A stretch of 64,000 nt of DNA from Octopus sinensis (Eukaryota), in assembly GCF_006345805.1 (NCBI RefSeq), contig NW_021832222.1, positions 78,334 to 142,333 of the forward strand. The letters run 5' to 3'. Below, one piece after another: positions 13,201 to 26,340 of the stretch. The position numbers were made by a program, and so were the translations under genes. Every line of letters begins with the position of its first letter. The stretch's first letter is position 1. Below the pieces are notes generated by a model. The model was not told the DNA's origin. It saw nothing but the letters and a program-made list of their open reading frames with translations, and searched no databases.

Positions 13201-16184
13201 CAAAGACGAGTGCTGGGAGATGTACAACCCACATTGTTACAATTTGAATTCGATGGAGAGAAGCATTGTAGACACTTTTTTTGTATCACTAGGCTCATGA
13301 CCGATGTCTGAAAATTGCTAAAAGCATAGGAACTACATTTGGTAATGTCACTGTATTTATCAATAGGGTCCTTTTTCCCAGCAAGGGTGCCTAAATTTGT
13401 GGGATATTTTAAAAACGTTTCTGGGATTCTGACAAGCAATGTGTTGATTACAATGTTAGAACAGGAATTATCACTATTGGGGACATCCATTGCCTCTGAA
13501 TCACTCTTAGAATCTGTATATAGTCGATTATCTCACAGTAGTTGTTATACCTTGTTGGCATTAGTCTGATTGACAAACAGTGTTCTCCGAATGTGTCTTT
13601 TTTGACATCCATTCTCAGTCCAGTCGGGCATTATTTCGAAAGTTTCCACGAAGAAGTGTCGGGGCTTTATTCTTATATTATGAATGTTGTGTGCTCGTCT
13701 AATGCCTAGGAATTAAAGAGAATAACAGGGGCTGACACATCCAGTTGTATTAATACTAAAAAGTCGAACATTGATAACAAAAATCGAAACAAAAAACGGA
13801 AAATTGATAAATTAAGAGAACGGGAAATGGATTTGATGAAGAATCGGCGGAAAAAGGCGATTGAACTCATGAAGGAAATGCTTGTGGAAGGGTTCTCTCT
13901 CATTTCTGACATTAGCAGAGAAGGGGAGGTCGAGGCAGAGGAGATCACGGCAGAATATACGGGGGATGAGCGAATTTGCGTGCTCTGCAAAAACATTTGT
14001 CAGCCAACCATATTATCGACCGAAAGATATATAGTCATGCCAGTGTTTATACAAAAGTTACTTTTTACTGATACTGACTCGTCAGATCGACAGTCCTCCA
14101 TCAGCGTCCGGGGGATACTTCGAATGAAAATAGGGATTATATGCCTTGGGATTTACCCATGGGAGTATTTGTCTCCACGTGCGGACATGTACTCCACGTG
14201 GACTGTTTCAAACTTTATCAAAATTTGAACGAAAACTCACATGTGGACAATCTATACTACATTTGCCCACTCTGCAGTCGTCCTGGACTTGCCACAATTC
14301 CAATACTGCCCTCCTTTGTTTCAACACCCTCGTTGGGGTATTATAGTGGTGAGGGATTGTAGATTCCACTACAACGTGGAATTGGAGTTTTCCGATTGGT
14401 TGGCTAATCTGGTCAAGTCGATGAGGTCATCCCTCAGACAATACTTTGATGACGCGAAAGACCCTGAAGGTGGTGGCATAATGTGTATTTGAAGCATTGT
14501 TTGATATATTTGACCCATGTCCTATCACCACAGCCACTAAGCAAATGGCCAAGAGTGTAAGTCGTAATTTCCAGACATTTTACAACTACGTCGCCAGTGC
14601 AGCCGGGGCCACCATATCAACTGAGATTGTGGAGAATATTAAAAGTTTTTTCCACAGTGTTACTCGGGTTGATTAAATATATTGAATCTTGTAGTTATTT
14701 GCCGATTCAGACGAGTCTCTCTTTATTATTCCTTCATACAGCTGGGAAACGATAGCCTATACCATCCGTTCATTCGGTAGTGGAAATTGTTTAATCAGCA
14801 GAGAATTTGATGACATTTGATGGAAACTCATTGGCGAACAGTGCGGAGTTGTACTGGAGGGACTATGACTGTATCAGTGTCACCATGAAGGCACACAGTG
14901 CTCTCCTCACTGTTATTCCAGAAGAACTCGTTGAGAAATATTCTGTCAAATTCCTTGCATGTATTTATTCTAGTTATTCACAGTTTTGTTGGCACATGGG
15001 GATTTTACTGAACACAAGACGACATCAATACTGGATGTGGATGCATTTCATTTCCTAGTGAGTGTGGCCTTGTCTGTCTCCGCCGTGTCGTCCTTTGATG
15101 TTAATCTTACCAATCATGTTTTCCAATTTATTTACATATTCCACTTGATTCAACTGTTCCTCACTAGCCGTAATTGGTTTGTAATAACTTTAAGGCCCTG
15201 TGGAAATTAGTGAAGGTGATTTATCAGATGAGACCTGTTTTCATCAAATTATGGGAGTTATTGGGTCTTCGTTGGGGTTAGTGGCCACTTTCATGCTAGT
15301 CTCACATATAAACGATCTTTCGACGTGCAAAAGTTTGAGGAATATTTGAGTGAGGCATCCTTCAGTTTTGTGAGGTGTTCTATCATATTCTTCACGTTAC
15401 TTGGAGATAAACCTCCTTCGTCCTTCAAATCTGGTTTATTGTCGACTAATAATCTAAGCCAATTTGTTTACGACTGTGGACATGATGAATTACTGTCTGG
15501 GTTCGTCCTATGTCTCAATTATGGACTTTCTGGAATCTTGTCTCTCTACTGTACTCAGACTGACTAGAAGGTGGTGTTTGTTTTTCATATTTCCAGTTGG
15601 TGTCGCCCACATATTTTGGCTCAGCAGATGCCTTATCTGTCATGTCCACGATATCCCTTATCTATTCGTACATTGGTCCCTTTGCAGCATTCATTTGCTG
15701 ATCTATACCACACTTGCTACCAGAAAAGGTTTGATAGAGTTGACTAATAGTTTGATGTCTTCATGATGATTCATTTAACTCGAAAAGGGTGTATTTGCCC
15801 GGAATATGTTTGACATGTGGGGAGTACACTTGTCTCTCCTGCAATCAGGCATCCACTTCGTTGGCAAATCACTCGTCCGGTTGCTTTTGCTATGATTATC
15901 TCATAATATTTGAGTTGGTGTATATTTGGTTATGTCGTATAGTGTTCAAAACTGTGTCATCATTCTTGTTGGAAACGCAAAACGGAACTTTGTTGAACAC
16001 TCTTTATATTTGGATAAGTATGGGGAAGATGATATTGGATTATTGTACTTTTATTATTATATATTTCAGGCACAGAAATGTTCTCACCTTTTCTACTTAC
16101 CTTCATATTAAATTCACTCGTTTTTGGTTAAGTCATTCAATTGTTACAGATTTTGCTCATTGGAAATCTAATCGAATAACCTAA
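10294..16184 (+). CDS. UBR1/UBR2-type N-recognin E3 ubiquitin ligase (5' end uncertain)
   Basis: UBR box CSQIF..DCANDPTCVWCYECF..H..GSCDCGD.EAWK; ClpS-like LLNDELHNFSEV; RING-H2 CVLCK...STCGHVLHVDCF..YICPLCS; C-terminal YLDKYGEDDIGL. UBR1 and UBR2 cannot be distinguished. Confidence 0.9.
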
Positions 16185-16605
16185 ATTCTTATTTTTCATT
16201 CAAATTTTCTTAAAATTTTCAACTCCATATGTACTAGATTAGCAAGGCAGTATCTTAAATTAACGATTTTTTTGATTTTAAGCAATATTTTTAAAAATTA
16301 TATACACGAATATATTTTAATCTGTGTTTATGTACGATATCGAGCCCATGAACTATGTTTTTCGTTCAAATATCAAAGTCTCAAACGTCAGAAAACTAAC
16401 GATTTTTTATATACCAAAAGAACGAATCATGACAGCATTGTTTTCTACTAGCAAGCTGATTTAACGTATGAAAGGGTAAAACAAGGAACTTAAAAAGAGC
16501 CAAAGAATTAATTAATTTTTTTAATTTCATAAATAGAATTCAAAATTATAAGAATCTGTACTAATACATTTTAAAATTATTAAAGTATTTTACCTTTGGT
16601 GGTGC

Positions 16606-17241
16606 ATGCGATTCAAACTTACTGGTTATGTTATGTATTATAATAATATATCAAAAATTGGATCCATCAAATGGTAAAAATTCCAAAAATTAATACAAGC
16701 TTAGAAACCAGTACATTGTATAAATTTTTCCATACCCACCTCGAGTTTTCTCTTTAAGTAAACCTCTAATAGTCGAATAAAACGAGTTAGACAAGGAGAC
16801 ATAGTCTCATTCAACGTGTCCACACATAAAAATGTTTTATATGCCTCAAATATTCGAGTAGAAAGAACATCAGAAAGTTTCAATACACCGGTAATTTTTT
16901 ATTTGATTTTTAGACACAAAAAGAGTCAAATTTGTACTACAATTCAACACATCCTTCAAAAGTAGTAAAAAACAATATTTATAATTAAGAAAGTAATTTT
17001 GGACAAATGTAATTACTTGAATGAATATAAATCTGATGAACTGTTTTTACTTACAAAATTTTATTTTTAGTAAAGAAGACTTGGATTGTCAAACACGTGA
17101 TTTTTTTGGAGCAGGTTTGTGGGAAAATGAAAGAGTTGTTCTTGTTAAAGTTCAGTTTTACTTTATTAATATATTAATAGAGACATAGATCTACAAAAGA
17201 TGACGATTTACTATGAATTTAATCTTAAATCATATTTTTAG
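16606..17241 (+). CDS. Divergent cold-shock (OB-fold) domain protein, spliced from six small exons
   Basis: Removing 23-28-nt GT-AG introns gives MRFKLTGYVMYYNNISKIGSIKCLETSTLYKFFHTHLDRIKRVRQGDIVSFNVSTHKNVLYASNIRVER..., which follows the CSD pattern; open to TAG at 17239-17241. Confidence 0.6.
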
Positions 17242-17569
17242 TAAAATATTTGTTTTTTCGTTTTTAATTAGCTAACAAAAATGTGAATAAATTAATCATA
17301 CAGGTTGTTGCATCCTGCTAATGATAAATGAGACTGCGACAAAGCAAAGGTCGTTTTGGGCCTGTCAAAAAGAATTATTCTCATTTTATTTGCAAAATTA
17401 CTTTATTTGACATGTTTTAACAAAATTACTTTATTTGCGATGAGCTTGGTTGTATTTTTTTATCTTGAGTAAAGATGTTGTACTTGTTCTTTTGTATTAG
17501 ATCTGTCGTATTCAGTATTAGGGTTACTGGATTTGGAGCTTATTGGTCTTTTGAGCTCGGATATGAAAA

Positions 17570-19600
17570 TTATTTAGATAGTTTGATAAAATTTTTTGGA
17601 GATTTTTCGACATAATAATTTCGATTTTCCCATCAGGAACGCGAAAGACACGACAAGTAACAACATTTCGTGATCCCGACATGCGCGAGGAGACTCCTCA
17701 CGAGACACTCCAATACATTTGTCTTCCTTTCGCATTTTGTTAGACGTTGTCCACGTGTGGAGAAAAGCACATGTGCGCATCAAACGTAACTCCTAGGATT
17801 TTCTGAGTCCGACAAAAACGGAATTTCGTGATTGTCGAGGTTAAGAACCACTGACTTCTTCCCAAGTCTTTTGTCTAAGGTGAAGAGGGAGATGCTGACT
17901 TTTCTTGGCAAGTTGATTCAACCAAGTTCATCGAAAATAATAATATCAAAATATTATTTTCGTTAACTGGTAGAGGCAGGTCAGCAGTAAAAAGGTTGAA
18001 CAGAGCGGGGTGATAGCGGGTAACTTTGCGGAACTCCGTTTATTGGAGGAGTGATCTTGAATTTGATTGTCCAGTGAAAACACGGCCTCTCCGACCACTG
18101 AGAAAGTTTGATATCCACAGTTTAAGTTTGGCTGGGATTTTTGCTATAAATATCTTCTGAATAAGAATTTTTCTCGACACTGAATCGAAGCTTTTTTTAG
18201 GTCAATAGTACAGAGAACGGTCTTTTGGTGAGTGTGCTTTTGTGAGAATCCTTGCTAAATAAAGCTAGTCAAACTGGATAAGTGTGTCAGAGTGGATCTT
18301 CCTTCTCAGGCTTGTCAGGGAGATAGCCCTTGATCTTCCAGAGAACAAGTTTTTCCAGGACCTTCACATGGAGTGATTATGGCAACTGGTCTGTAGAAGC
18401 TCAATTCCTTTTTCGGTTTTCCCGATTTGAGGAATGAGTGTAGATGGGTCATTTTCTACAGAGAAAGAATACGGTTTGTGTTGATAGAATGATTGTAAAT
18501 TTTGGAAATTGCAGCAATATTATGGTTTCCGATGTTCTTTAAAAGAATCATTGGGATTTCATTAGGTCCGCTTGAGAGTGTTGACTTGATTGACTTTAAT
18601 ACATTCAACACATCTTTAATTGGTTTCTGCCTTTTTGTTTTTTTCGAGATTGACAGACCTTTGGTAGTCGTTGTGCAAATTTTTACGTAGAACTTTGTTG
18701 AGATTTTTTCGTTGTGGTCATCCTCCGAGGGCTTATTCTCAGCACAGGCCGTTTCCCGGTGGCCTTCCAAATTGATAGAGTCTAACTGTTTCTGTTTGTA
18801 GAGAAAAACACCCGGGACCATTGGACATAGAGCTCCTTGCTTCTTATTTGCTCGTTCAAGGCCTTCAATCGGATCATGATCTTAAAGTTGATTTGACATG
18901 TTTTTTGAGTTGGGTTTTTTTAGGCGTGCTTTGCCAACTCTTCTCGAGAATGTTTTGTGATGTTTTAGAACAGACATAGAATGAGCGACCGAGATAGAAC
19001 TGTTGACATAAACAATTATTTTGTCCAGAGGATTGTAATTGTCTACAAAAAATTCTGAAAGTATTATCAGTAAGCTTTTGGTAAATAATCAAATCCGTGT
19101 GTTTGTAATTGATTAAACATTCTTTTGGGGAACAGTTCTTCTTAATTCTCTAATAATAGGATTGTGGTCACTGCTGGAATTATACGATAAAGACCAGGAT
19201 GTTATTGTAGACAGGGCGGGAGAGCAGAAGGTGATGTTGCCTTATCAGTTGCCCTGTATGGGGTTCTCGAATTTTTTGTACGGTCATTCAGGACCGTAAG
19301 GGAACCGATTTGCGAAAGTAGTTGCTTCCCGCTTGAGTCCGACGTTTATCTAGCAAACCAAAGGGGGTGCTTAGCATTCATATCTCCTCCAATGATCACG
19401 TCTTTTAGAGGAATGTGTAGGTACAATATAGGACTTTGGACAGGAGCTGGGCGATATTCAGATCAGCAAGCAAAGAACGGAGTTCCCTCTGACATTGTTA
19501 ATGTTTAGTTGGAGTATTGTTATTTGTTATTTGCGATATTCTGAGGATTTCAATCTGGCCATCGATGGAAAGTTCCCCGATGTGTAGCCGACAAGCCGAA
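17570..19600 (-). mobile_element. Pseudogenised APE-RT LINE
   Basis: APE end motif SSDHNPII, pre-RT SSGPNEIPMILLKN, RT remnants KSFDSVSRKILIQKI, WISNFLSGR, PALFNLF, KILGVTFD; many stops and frameshifts. Confidence 0.8.
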
Positions 19601-19719
19601 AAGGGGAAATTGTTTAAAAGCATAATTAATATATTTGTATTATTTTTAAAAATTAAATAATTAGAATTAAATTAATATTAAAAACAGCGTGAATATTCAT
19701 AAAATCCATAGGAATTAAC

Positions 19720-21673
19720 ATGGTTGTTTGTGTGCACATTTTTACTAAATAACATATTAAAATAAAATTAAAATAATCTAATTTTAACTAGCAAGCCCCT
19801 ATTTTAATACTGAAAGAAGGCACTGATGAGACACATGGGAACTCCCAAGTAATAACAAACATCAATGCCTGTCAAAAACTTGCTCAATCAGTTCGGACCA
19901 CCCTCGGCCCATTAGGAATGGACAAGCTCATAGTCAATGCAAGTGGTAATAATTTATGCTAATTTAACCTAATAGGCGACACAATCATATCAAATGACGG
20001 TGCCACTATTCTTGACAGTCTCAATGTCTCTCATCCAGCAGCAAAATTGCTTGTAAGCATCGCCAAGGCTCAGGATGATGAGGTCTTACTTAATATTCTA
20101 TAATAGATTGGAGACGGAACCACAACTGTGGTCTTACTGGGAGCAGAGATAGCCGCAAAGTTGACAGGACATGTTGAAAATGGAGTTCATACCAGAAATA
20201 TTATTTCTGCTTTAAGAAAAGCTTCCCGACTTTCACTACAACTTGTAAATGAGCTCAAAGTTGATGTATTTGGGGGGAACAGGAATGGAAACGACGAAAT
20301 GTATATTTTTTGTTCATTTTTGTAGTCTACAAAGACGTGTGTATGAAAATTGTGCCAAGACATCTCTGAGTTCCAAAATAATATCTTCTAACAAGGATTT
20401 CTTTGCCAAAATGACTGTCGATGCTATTTTGACGAGTTTTGTGGACCCAAAGATCGTAAATGGGGGTCCGAGGGTGTGTAAGATGGCACAAAGGTCAGTC
20501 AAGGAGATGATTGGGATCAAAAAGATTCCTGGTGGGGCCTTGGAGGTTATTTTTTGAATGTTGGGATTGATAGGACTCGTGTTTGATAAAGGGGGTTGCC
20601 TTCAAAAAGACATTTAGTTATGCTGGGTTTGAAATGCTTCCAAAGAAACAGAAAAATCCAAAAATTGCTCTTTTGAATATCGAATTGGAGTTAAAAGCTG
20701 AAAGAGAAAACGCGGAAATGCGACTGACATCGACAGATGTTGAAATATATGATTACTATCAATAGGAATATCAAAGAGTAGTGGAAGCAGAGTGGAGAAT
20801 ATTATATGACAAGTTGGAACAGATCTACAATTCGGGTGCGACTGTAATTTTGTCAAAGCTGCCGATTGGAGACGTTGCTGTCCAATATTTTGTCGATTCG
20901 TTTGAAATTTGTGGATTTATATTTTTAGTGGAATTTTTGTTGCCGGACGTGTGCCTGAAGATGATTTGAATCGGACGATGTATGCCTGTGGGGGTTCGAT
21001 CCAGACTACGTCGACTTCTCTGTGTGACGCGGATCTCGGTCATTGTGAGTTATTTGAAGAGATTCAGATTGGTTCCGAAAGGTATTTCTGTTTGTGTGTT
21101 TCAGATATAATATATTCACTGGGTGTCCAAAAGCAAGGTCCTGTACAATCTTAATTCGTGGAGGCACTGAGCAGTTTATGGAGGAGACGAGTCGATCTCT
21201 TCATGATGCACTGATGGTGGTGAAGAGGTCTTTGGTGGCCGATTCCGTGGTGGCTGGTGGAGGTGCTATTGAAATGGAGTTGAGTCGTCGTCTTCGTCAA
21301 TATGCACTCTCAGTAGCTGGAAAAGAACAGATTATTATGTTTTCGATCGCAAAGGCGTTTGAAGTAATTCCTCAGCAGTTATGTGAAAATGCGGGATTCA
21401 ACTCCGTTGCTTTGATGAGTGAACTTCGGCAAAAGCACGCTTCTGGTTAGTGTCCCTATGTCGATCTGTGAAGGTATGACATGGGCTGGGGTCGATATTG
21501 AGAATGAGGGGATATGTGATTTGATGGACAAGTCTGTTTTTGAATTGGCCTCCATGAAGATCAACGCTTTCACGTCTGCATTTGAATTTGCTGTAAGTCT
21601 TCTTAACGTGGATGGGACTGTTAAAAATCCAAAGGTTTCGAGGGAGCTGCCTAACGAAAAGCGCCCATTTTAA
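19720..21673 (+). CDS. CCT7: T-complex protein 1 subunit eta (CCT7)
   Basis: M|[86 protein letters not shown]. Confidence 0.95.
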
Positions 21674-21805
21674 TAATTTGATTACTCTTTTTTCCTTTCG
21701 ATACAATTTTTCTTGAGTTTATTATTTCAAAAATTATCTAGTTTATCCAAACTATGTTTTATTGAGTTTGATTTGATCAAAGTTAATGTTTTAAAACGTG
21801 TTTAT

Positions 21806-23026
21806 TTAGTTTTCCTTTTCTAATGTATTGGACTCCGGATTGTAGTTGTCCCCCATTTTCAAGTTGCGAAATAGCATTGGAACTTTTTTTTGGTGATGCA
21901 TAAATTTAATCTTGAAATATAGGGAAATTAATACTGATAGCTTTTTAATGTCCTCATATATATTTTCTACGTCGCCCTGCGCTTCTTTTTTCTTTGATGA
22001 ATACTCAAATCTGTATTATCAGAATATCGCAGTACTTGTAGTAGTAAAAGTAATCTTTTATTCTCTGGTACACAAACTCTGCAGTGTATGACGAGCGAAA
22101 GATTATTTTGATGCTCTGATCATGCTTTTCTGTGCACGAATCGGTTTTGTTAAGAATCACTGTAAGTACATTGTCCTGTAATGAAAATTTTGGCAATATC
22201 CTCCACGTCATTCGGCGAATACGAATATATTTGCTATATAGAACGATTCCGCAGAACCCAACACCAATTGTAACATCAGTATAAGACTTGATTTTCTGGT
22301 TTTTAAGTTTAAAATATAAATACTTTAATCGGAAATTGTTCATATCCGCACAGAGGGATTAGCTTGACTAAAGATAAATATATACTGACCGCTGTTGCAT
22401 GAGATATGTCACTAAATCTCCAAACATTTTGGCTACCTGTATTCCTCGATGAAATAAATTACGTAGTCGTAATATAAATTGTAGTATCCACCTGATTTTA
22501 TTCCACATTCTTCGAGTATTGGTTCTATTTTCATGAATTTGTGGCATTTGATATGCATTTGTAAAATGGTAAGACGGAGTAGCATCATTTTTGAAATAGG
22601 AATTCTATTTCTGGACTGTTTACTTACCCTGTGACTTTGAATTCTGTGATAATTTCACATGCCGCAAAATATTGAACTATTTCCTGGCAGGTGGTCAGTT
22701 CAGTCGGATGATAGCGCATCCCAAAAGATATTCGGTCTTTTATTACTTGAGTTATAAATACCATGTTTAATGGCGTATTTACAAACAACTTTCGCCAAGT
22801 CAAACCAAATCTACATGATTTTTATTATTATCACTCGAATGTCGTTTTTACGTACAAACAGTCCGAAATATCGGTTCTGGTTTGCCTTTATTTCTTTGCA
22901 TATAATCTTTACTAAGTCACCCCCAGTTGTTACTGACTGAAATAGTCATTACCGGTGTACAGAAATTTTTATAATTTTTTCCGTATCGTCGGGAAGTTTA
23001 ACTCGACAATTTTTGAATTTATCCAT
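21806..23026 (-). CDS. FERM-domain protein with short C-terminal tail
   Basis: F1-like CRVKLPDD..GDLVKIIC..YFGLF..IWFDLAK..FGMRYHP; F3-like IGVGFCGIVLY..MTWRILPKFSLQD; 24-25-nt introns; 3' exons inferred. Confidence 0.75.
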
Positions 23027-23956
23027 TTTAACGTGTTTCTAAATATAATTTAATATTTTGATCACTACAGATTATGGATTATGAATAGGGAAATTTAAGT
23101 ACTCTCAAATATTGATATATTTTTAAAATAAAAATAAATTTTATAATTTTAATATAAACAAGGGCAAAATAATAGCAAGAGGATCATGTTATTATTTTAA
23201 TATAAAATTAGGAGAAAATATATAAAATATTTTTTAAGAGAATGTGCAGTTTCGAACTGGCCAATTTTGGGAGAAAGGTATATCATTTTGTTAATTAAAA
23301 ATGTGGAACAAAAACGGAAAAATATTAACTTTAGAAAACATTTTAATTTATGTAATCAAACAAAAACAGATTTGCTCACGGAAGAGAGTAATAAGTTCAT
23401 TAGATGAAAACAACAAATAAAGGTTGATATTTAGTTTCAGATAGTCACAAATGTATCGAAAAAATGATAACTTAAAGAGCGACTAAAAGATAAAATATTA
23501 CAATTTTCTCTAGCTTGATATTTTTTGTTCGAGATTTAAATTTAAGAATCAACTAATGTTAGTCTAATCTTATTATTCAACACATTCATTTCGGAATTAA
23601 CGAATTTATTGCATTTGATATAAATACTGATACAAATCCCTTGTACTACATCGTTCAAGTAACGTAGGGTCACCAAGAATGGAAAGTTAATTACGTAATA
23701 AATTGTTTTTGTCCGTATCAACAATTTCAGTATCTGGATTTTGTAACTTCAAAAATTGATATGCAATTAATTATGATTATGTATGATTGGAATAATTTAT
23801 TAAAGTTAGTTAAAAAATCTTTAAAAGGTCACGAATGAAATCTTCAAAAAATTCAATTCTTAATTTTATAGAATATTTTTATTAAATTTGAAAAATTAAA
23901 TATCAAATTTTATAAAACTTATTATTTGTTAGGAAAAGTTTGTGGCTAAATTTTAA

Positions 23957-24827
23957 ATGATTATCTGCGATTCGCATACGATAGTATTCATGAGACATGG
24001 AGAAAGTCTATATAACAATGAAGACAAATTCTGCGGATGGCATAACCCAATTTTATCCGAAAAAGGAATTCTACAAGCAAACGATGCAGCTGATGTAAAT
24101 TGATATTTATTTTTAGATGCTTTATAATGGAAATTATCAATTTGATGAAATATTTTGCAGTGCTTTAAGTCGAACTTTACAAACTGCCGAAATAATAAAA
24201 AAGAAGTTGAAATCTTCTGCAACAATATTAGTAGACTATCGCCTTAATGAAAGACATTACGGTCAGTTACAGGGTTACAAATACATATTTACTTAAGGGC
24301 AAATCAAAAAAGATATGGTCAATATTCATGGTTCAGACCAAATTGCTATGTGGAGAAGATCTTACAGAGAACGTCCTCCTCCAGAGACCAAAGGAATCTT
24401 ATATTTTGATCCAAAGCTTTTGGTTTTGGTAAATTGTTTATATTATAGCCTAATAATTATGATATTCCTAAAACTGAAAGTTTATTCGACACAGTTAAAC
24501 GAGTTAGCGAATTGTGGAAAGATGAAATTTGGCCTAAAATACTTGTAATAAAAGTAGTTATGCGGTATTAGGCAAAAAAGAAATTATTAATTGTGGGTCA
24601 TGGAAGCAGTATTCGCGCTTTAGTAATGATTCTTAATAAATATTCGGAAAAAGAAATAGAAAAAGTAAATATTCCTAATGGTATTTTGAATGGTTTAAAA
24701 ATAAGCACTTCCTCTCGTCTACCAAATCGACAATTCTAGCAGAATCATTAATAAATTTTATTTGGCAGATGAGGAGACTGTCAAGGCTGGTGAATTGTTT
24801 GCTGCAAAAATAAAATCAGGACACTAA
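23957..24827 (+). CDS. PGAM: 2,3-BPG-dependent phosphoglycerate mutase (dPGM/PGAM family)
   Basis: FMRHGES..FCGW, SALSRTLQTA, RLNERHYGQLQG, MWRRSY..PPP, LIVGHGSSIRAL, YLADEETVK; TAA at 24825-24827. Confidence 0.92.
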
Positions 24828-26303
24828 ATTATTGATAATAATTCGATATTCAATTGATTATTTTTTTGATAATTTATTTTTTATCATTCACGCAGTTTTG
24901 TAGTCATTATTTGGTCTATGATGGGGAATTCAAGTTGTTTGAAAAATATTTCAGATAACACCATAGTCAATGCAATTCTTTCTAGGGAGCCTGTCATGTT
25001 GAGACTGTACTTATCTATTTATTTCTGACTTTCGGTCTTGGCATCAGTTCCACCTTTTCTTTTGGTCACTGAGTTATGGCTGAATTTTGTAGGTCTAATT
25101 AATCATTCTACTTGCTATGATTTAAACTATCTATGATGATTTGTGGTCCAGCACTTGTCGGTTTTTTAAAGTCAAATAAAAATTGAACGTTAATAAATAT
25201 GAATCAAAGGTTAATTACATTTTACTTCTACTGAAGAAATTAGAAGTCGATTTTTGACTAAACAATTTTTAGACAAATTCTGCTATCGAAAGATATACAA
25301 CTTGATTTTAAGCATAGTCTTTATGAAATAATCTAATTAAGTACTGAGTTTACGGAGTGAACAAGGGACGGCTATCTACATATTTCCCTCCCATCTTTTA
25401 TTGCACTTTTTTCTGTCCCGCATGAATCCACGCCGAAACAATATGAGAAAAATATTTAAAATAACGGAATAGTGGTCTACCAAGTCAGTTGGATTTATCA
25501 ATTTTAATGGATTTGGAAACGTTTGGAAAGCTCTTGATGGACACCGAAAAAGAACCATTAGAATTCCTCGCTCTGGGATATTCTCGCCGAAGGGCGATGA
25601 ACTTTGGGTAAGATCAAACCTTCCTAAAAGAAATCCCCTGCTCATAGAAGTGGAAAACACTTTAATGCTCTTCAACTAAACATTAATGGATTTAAAATAA
25701 AAATCAGAGAGCTGTACTCACTACTGACAAACCTGAAAAGTAACGTGGCTATGATACAAGGGACCAAGCTATTTCCTAATGATCATACCCCCACATTCCC
25801 AAGTTACAAGGCTATCAGGATAGATTGCAAAGTGAATCGAGGTATCTCTTTCTAGTTAGAACTGCTCATTCTAGTTAGAAATAACTTGAAATATATAGAT
25901 ATCTCCTTAAAAGTGATAAAACTTATTGAAGCTGATGAGTTTACCAAAATAACTGGGATCTCGTTTGAAAGAAAGAAGGGAAGACTATCAATATGTACAT
26001 TCCGCCCCTGGCACATGTTTAAAGAAATATATTTCCAAATTCCTCAAAACTGGCATGAATTGATGAGGTTAATGGGGATCTGAATAAAAAGCATCATTTA
26101 TGACTGTCATCTCAGATGGTCTCTTCAACAACAATAAATGATTCATCAAGAAACACAAGGAATCCTCTCAGGGTGACGGATGAGCCCACACTGAATGTTA
26201 CACTTTGCTCTTCATCTCTTTCATCTATTACTGATTGGTCAGTCTTTCACGAAACAAGAATTGACCACAATCAATCGTGGTGAGAATCAAAAAGTAGGTC
26301 AAT

Positions 26304-26306
<3 letters not shown>

Positions 26307-26340
<34 letters not shown>

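Noticed and set aside
24890-25320. Possible small spliced gene convergent with PGAM
   Set aside because: Could not build a stop-free spliced frame with plausible introns.
25376-25675. 99-aa minus-strand ORF as a Gypsy RT fragment
   Set aside because: Only a weak SSSPF-type resemblance; no diagnostic RT motifs.
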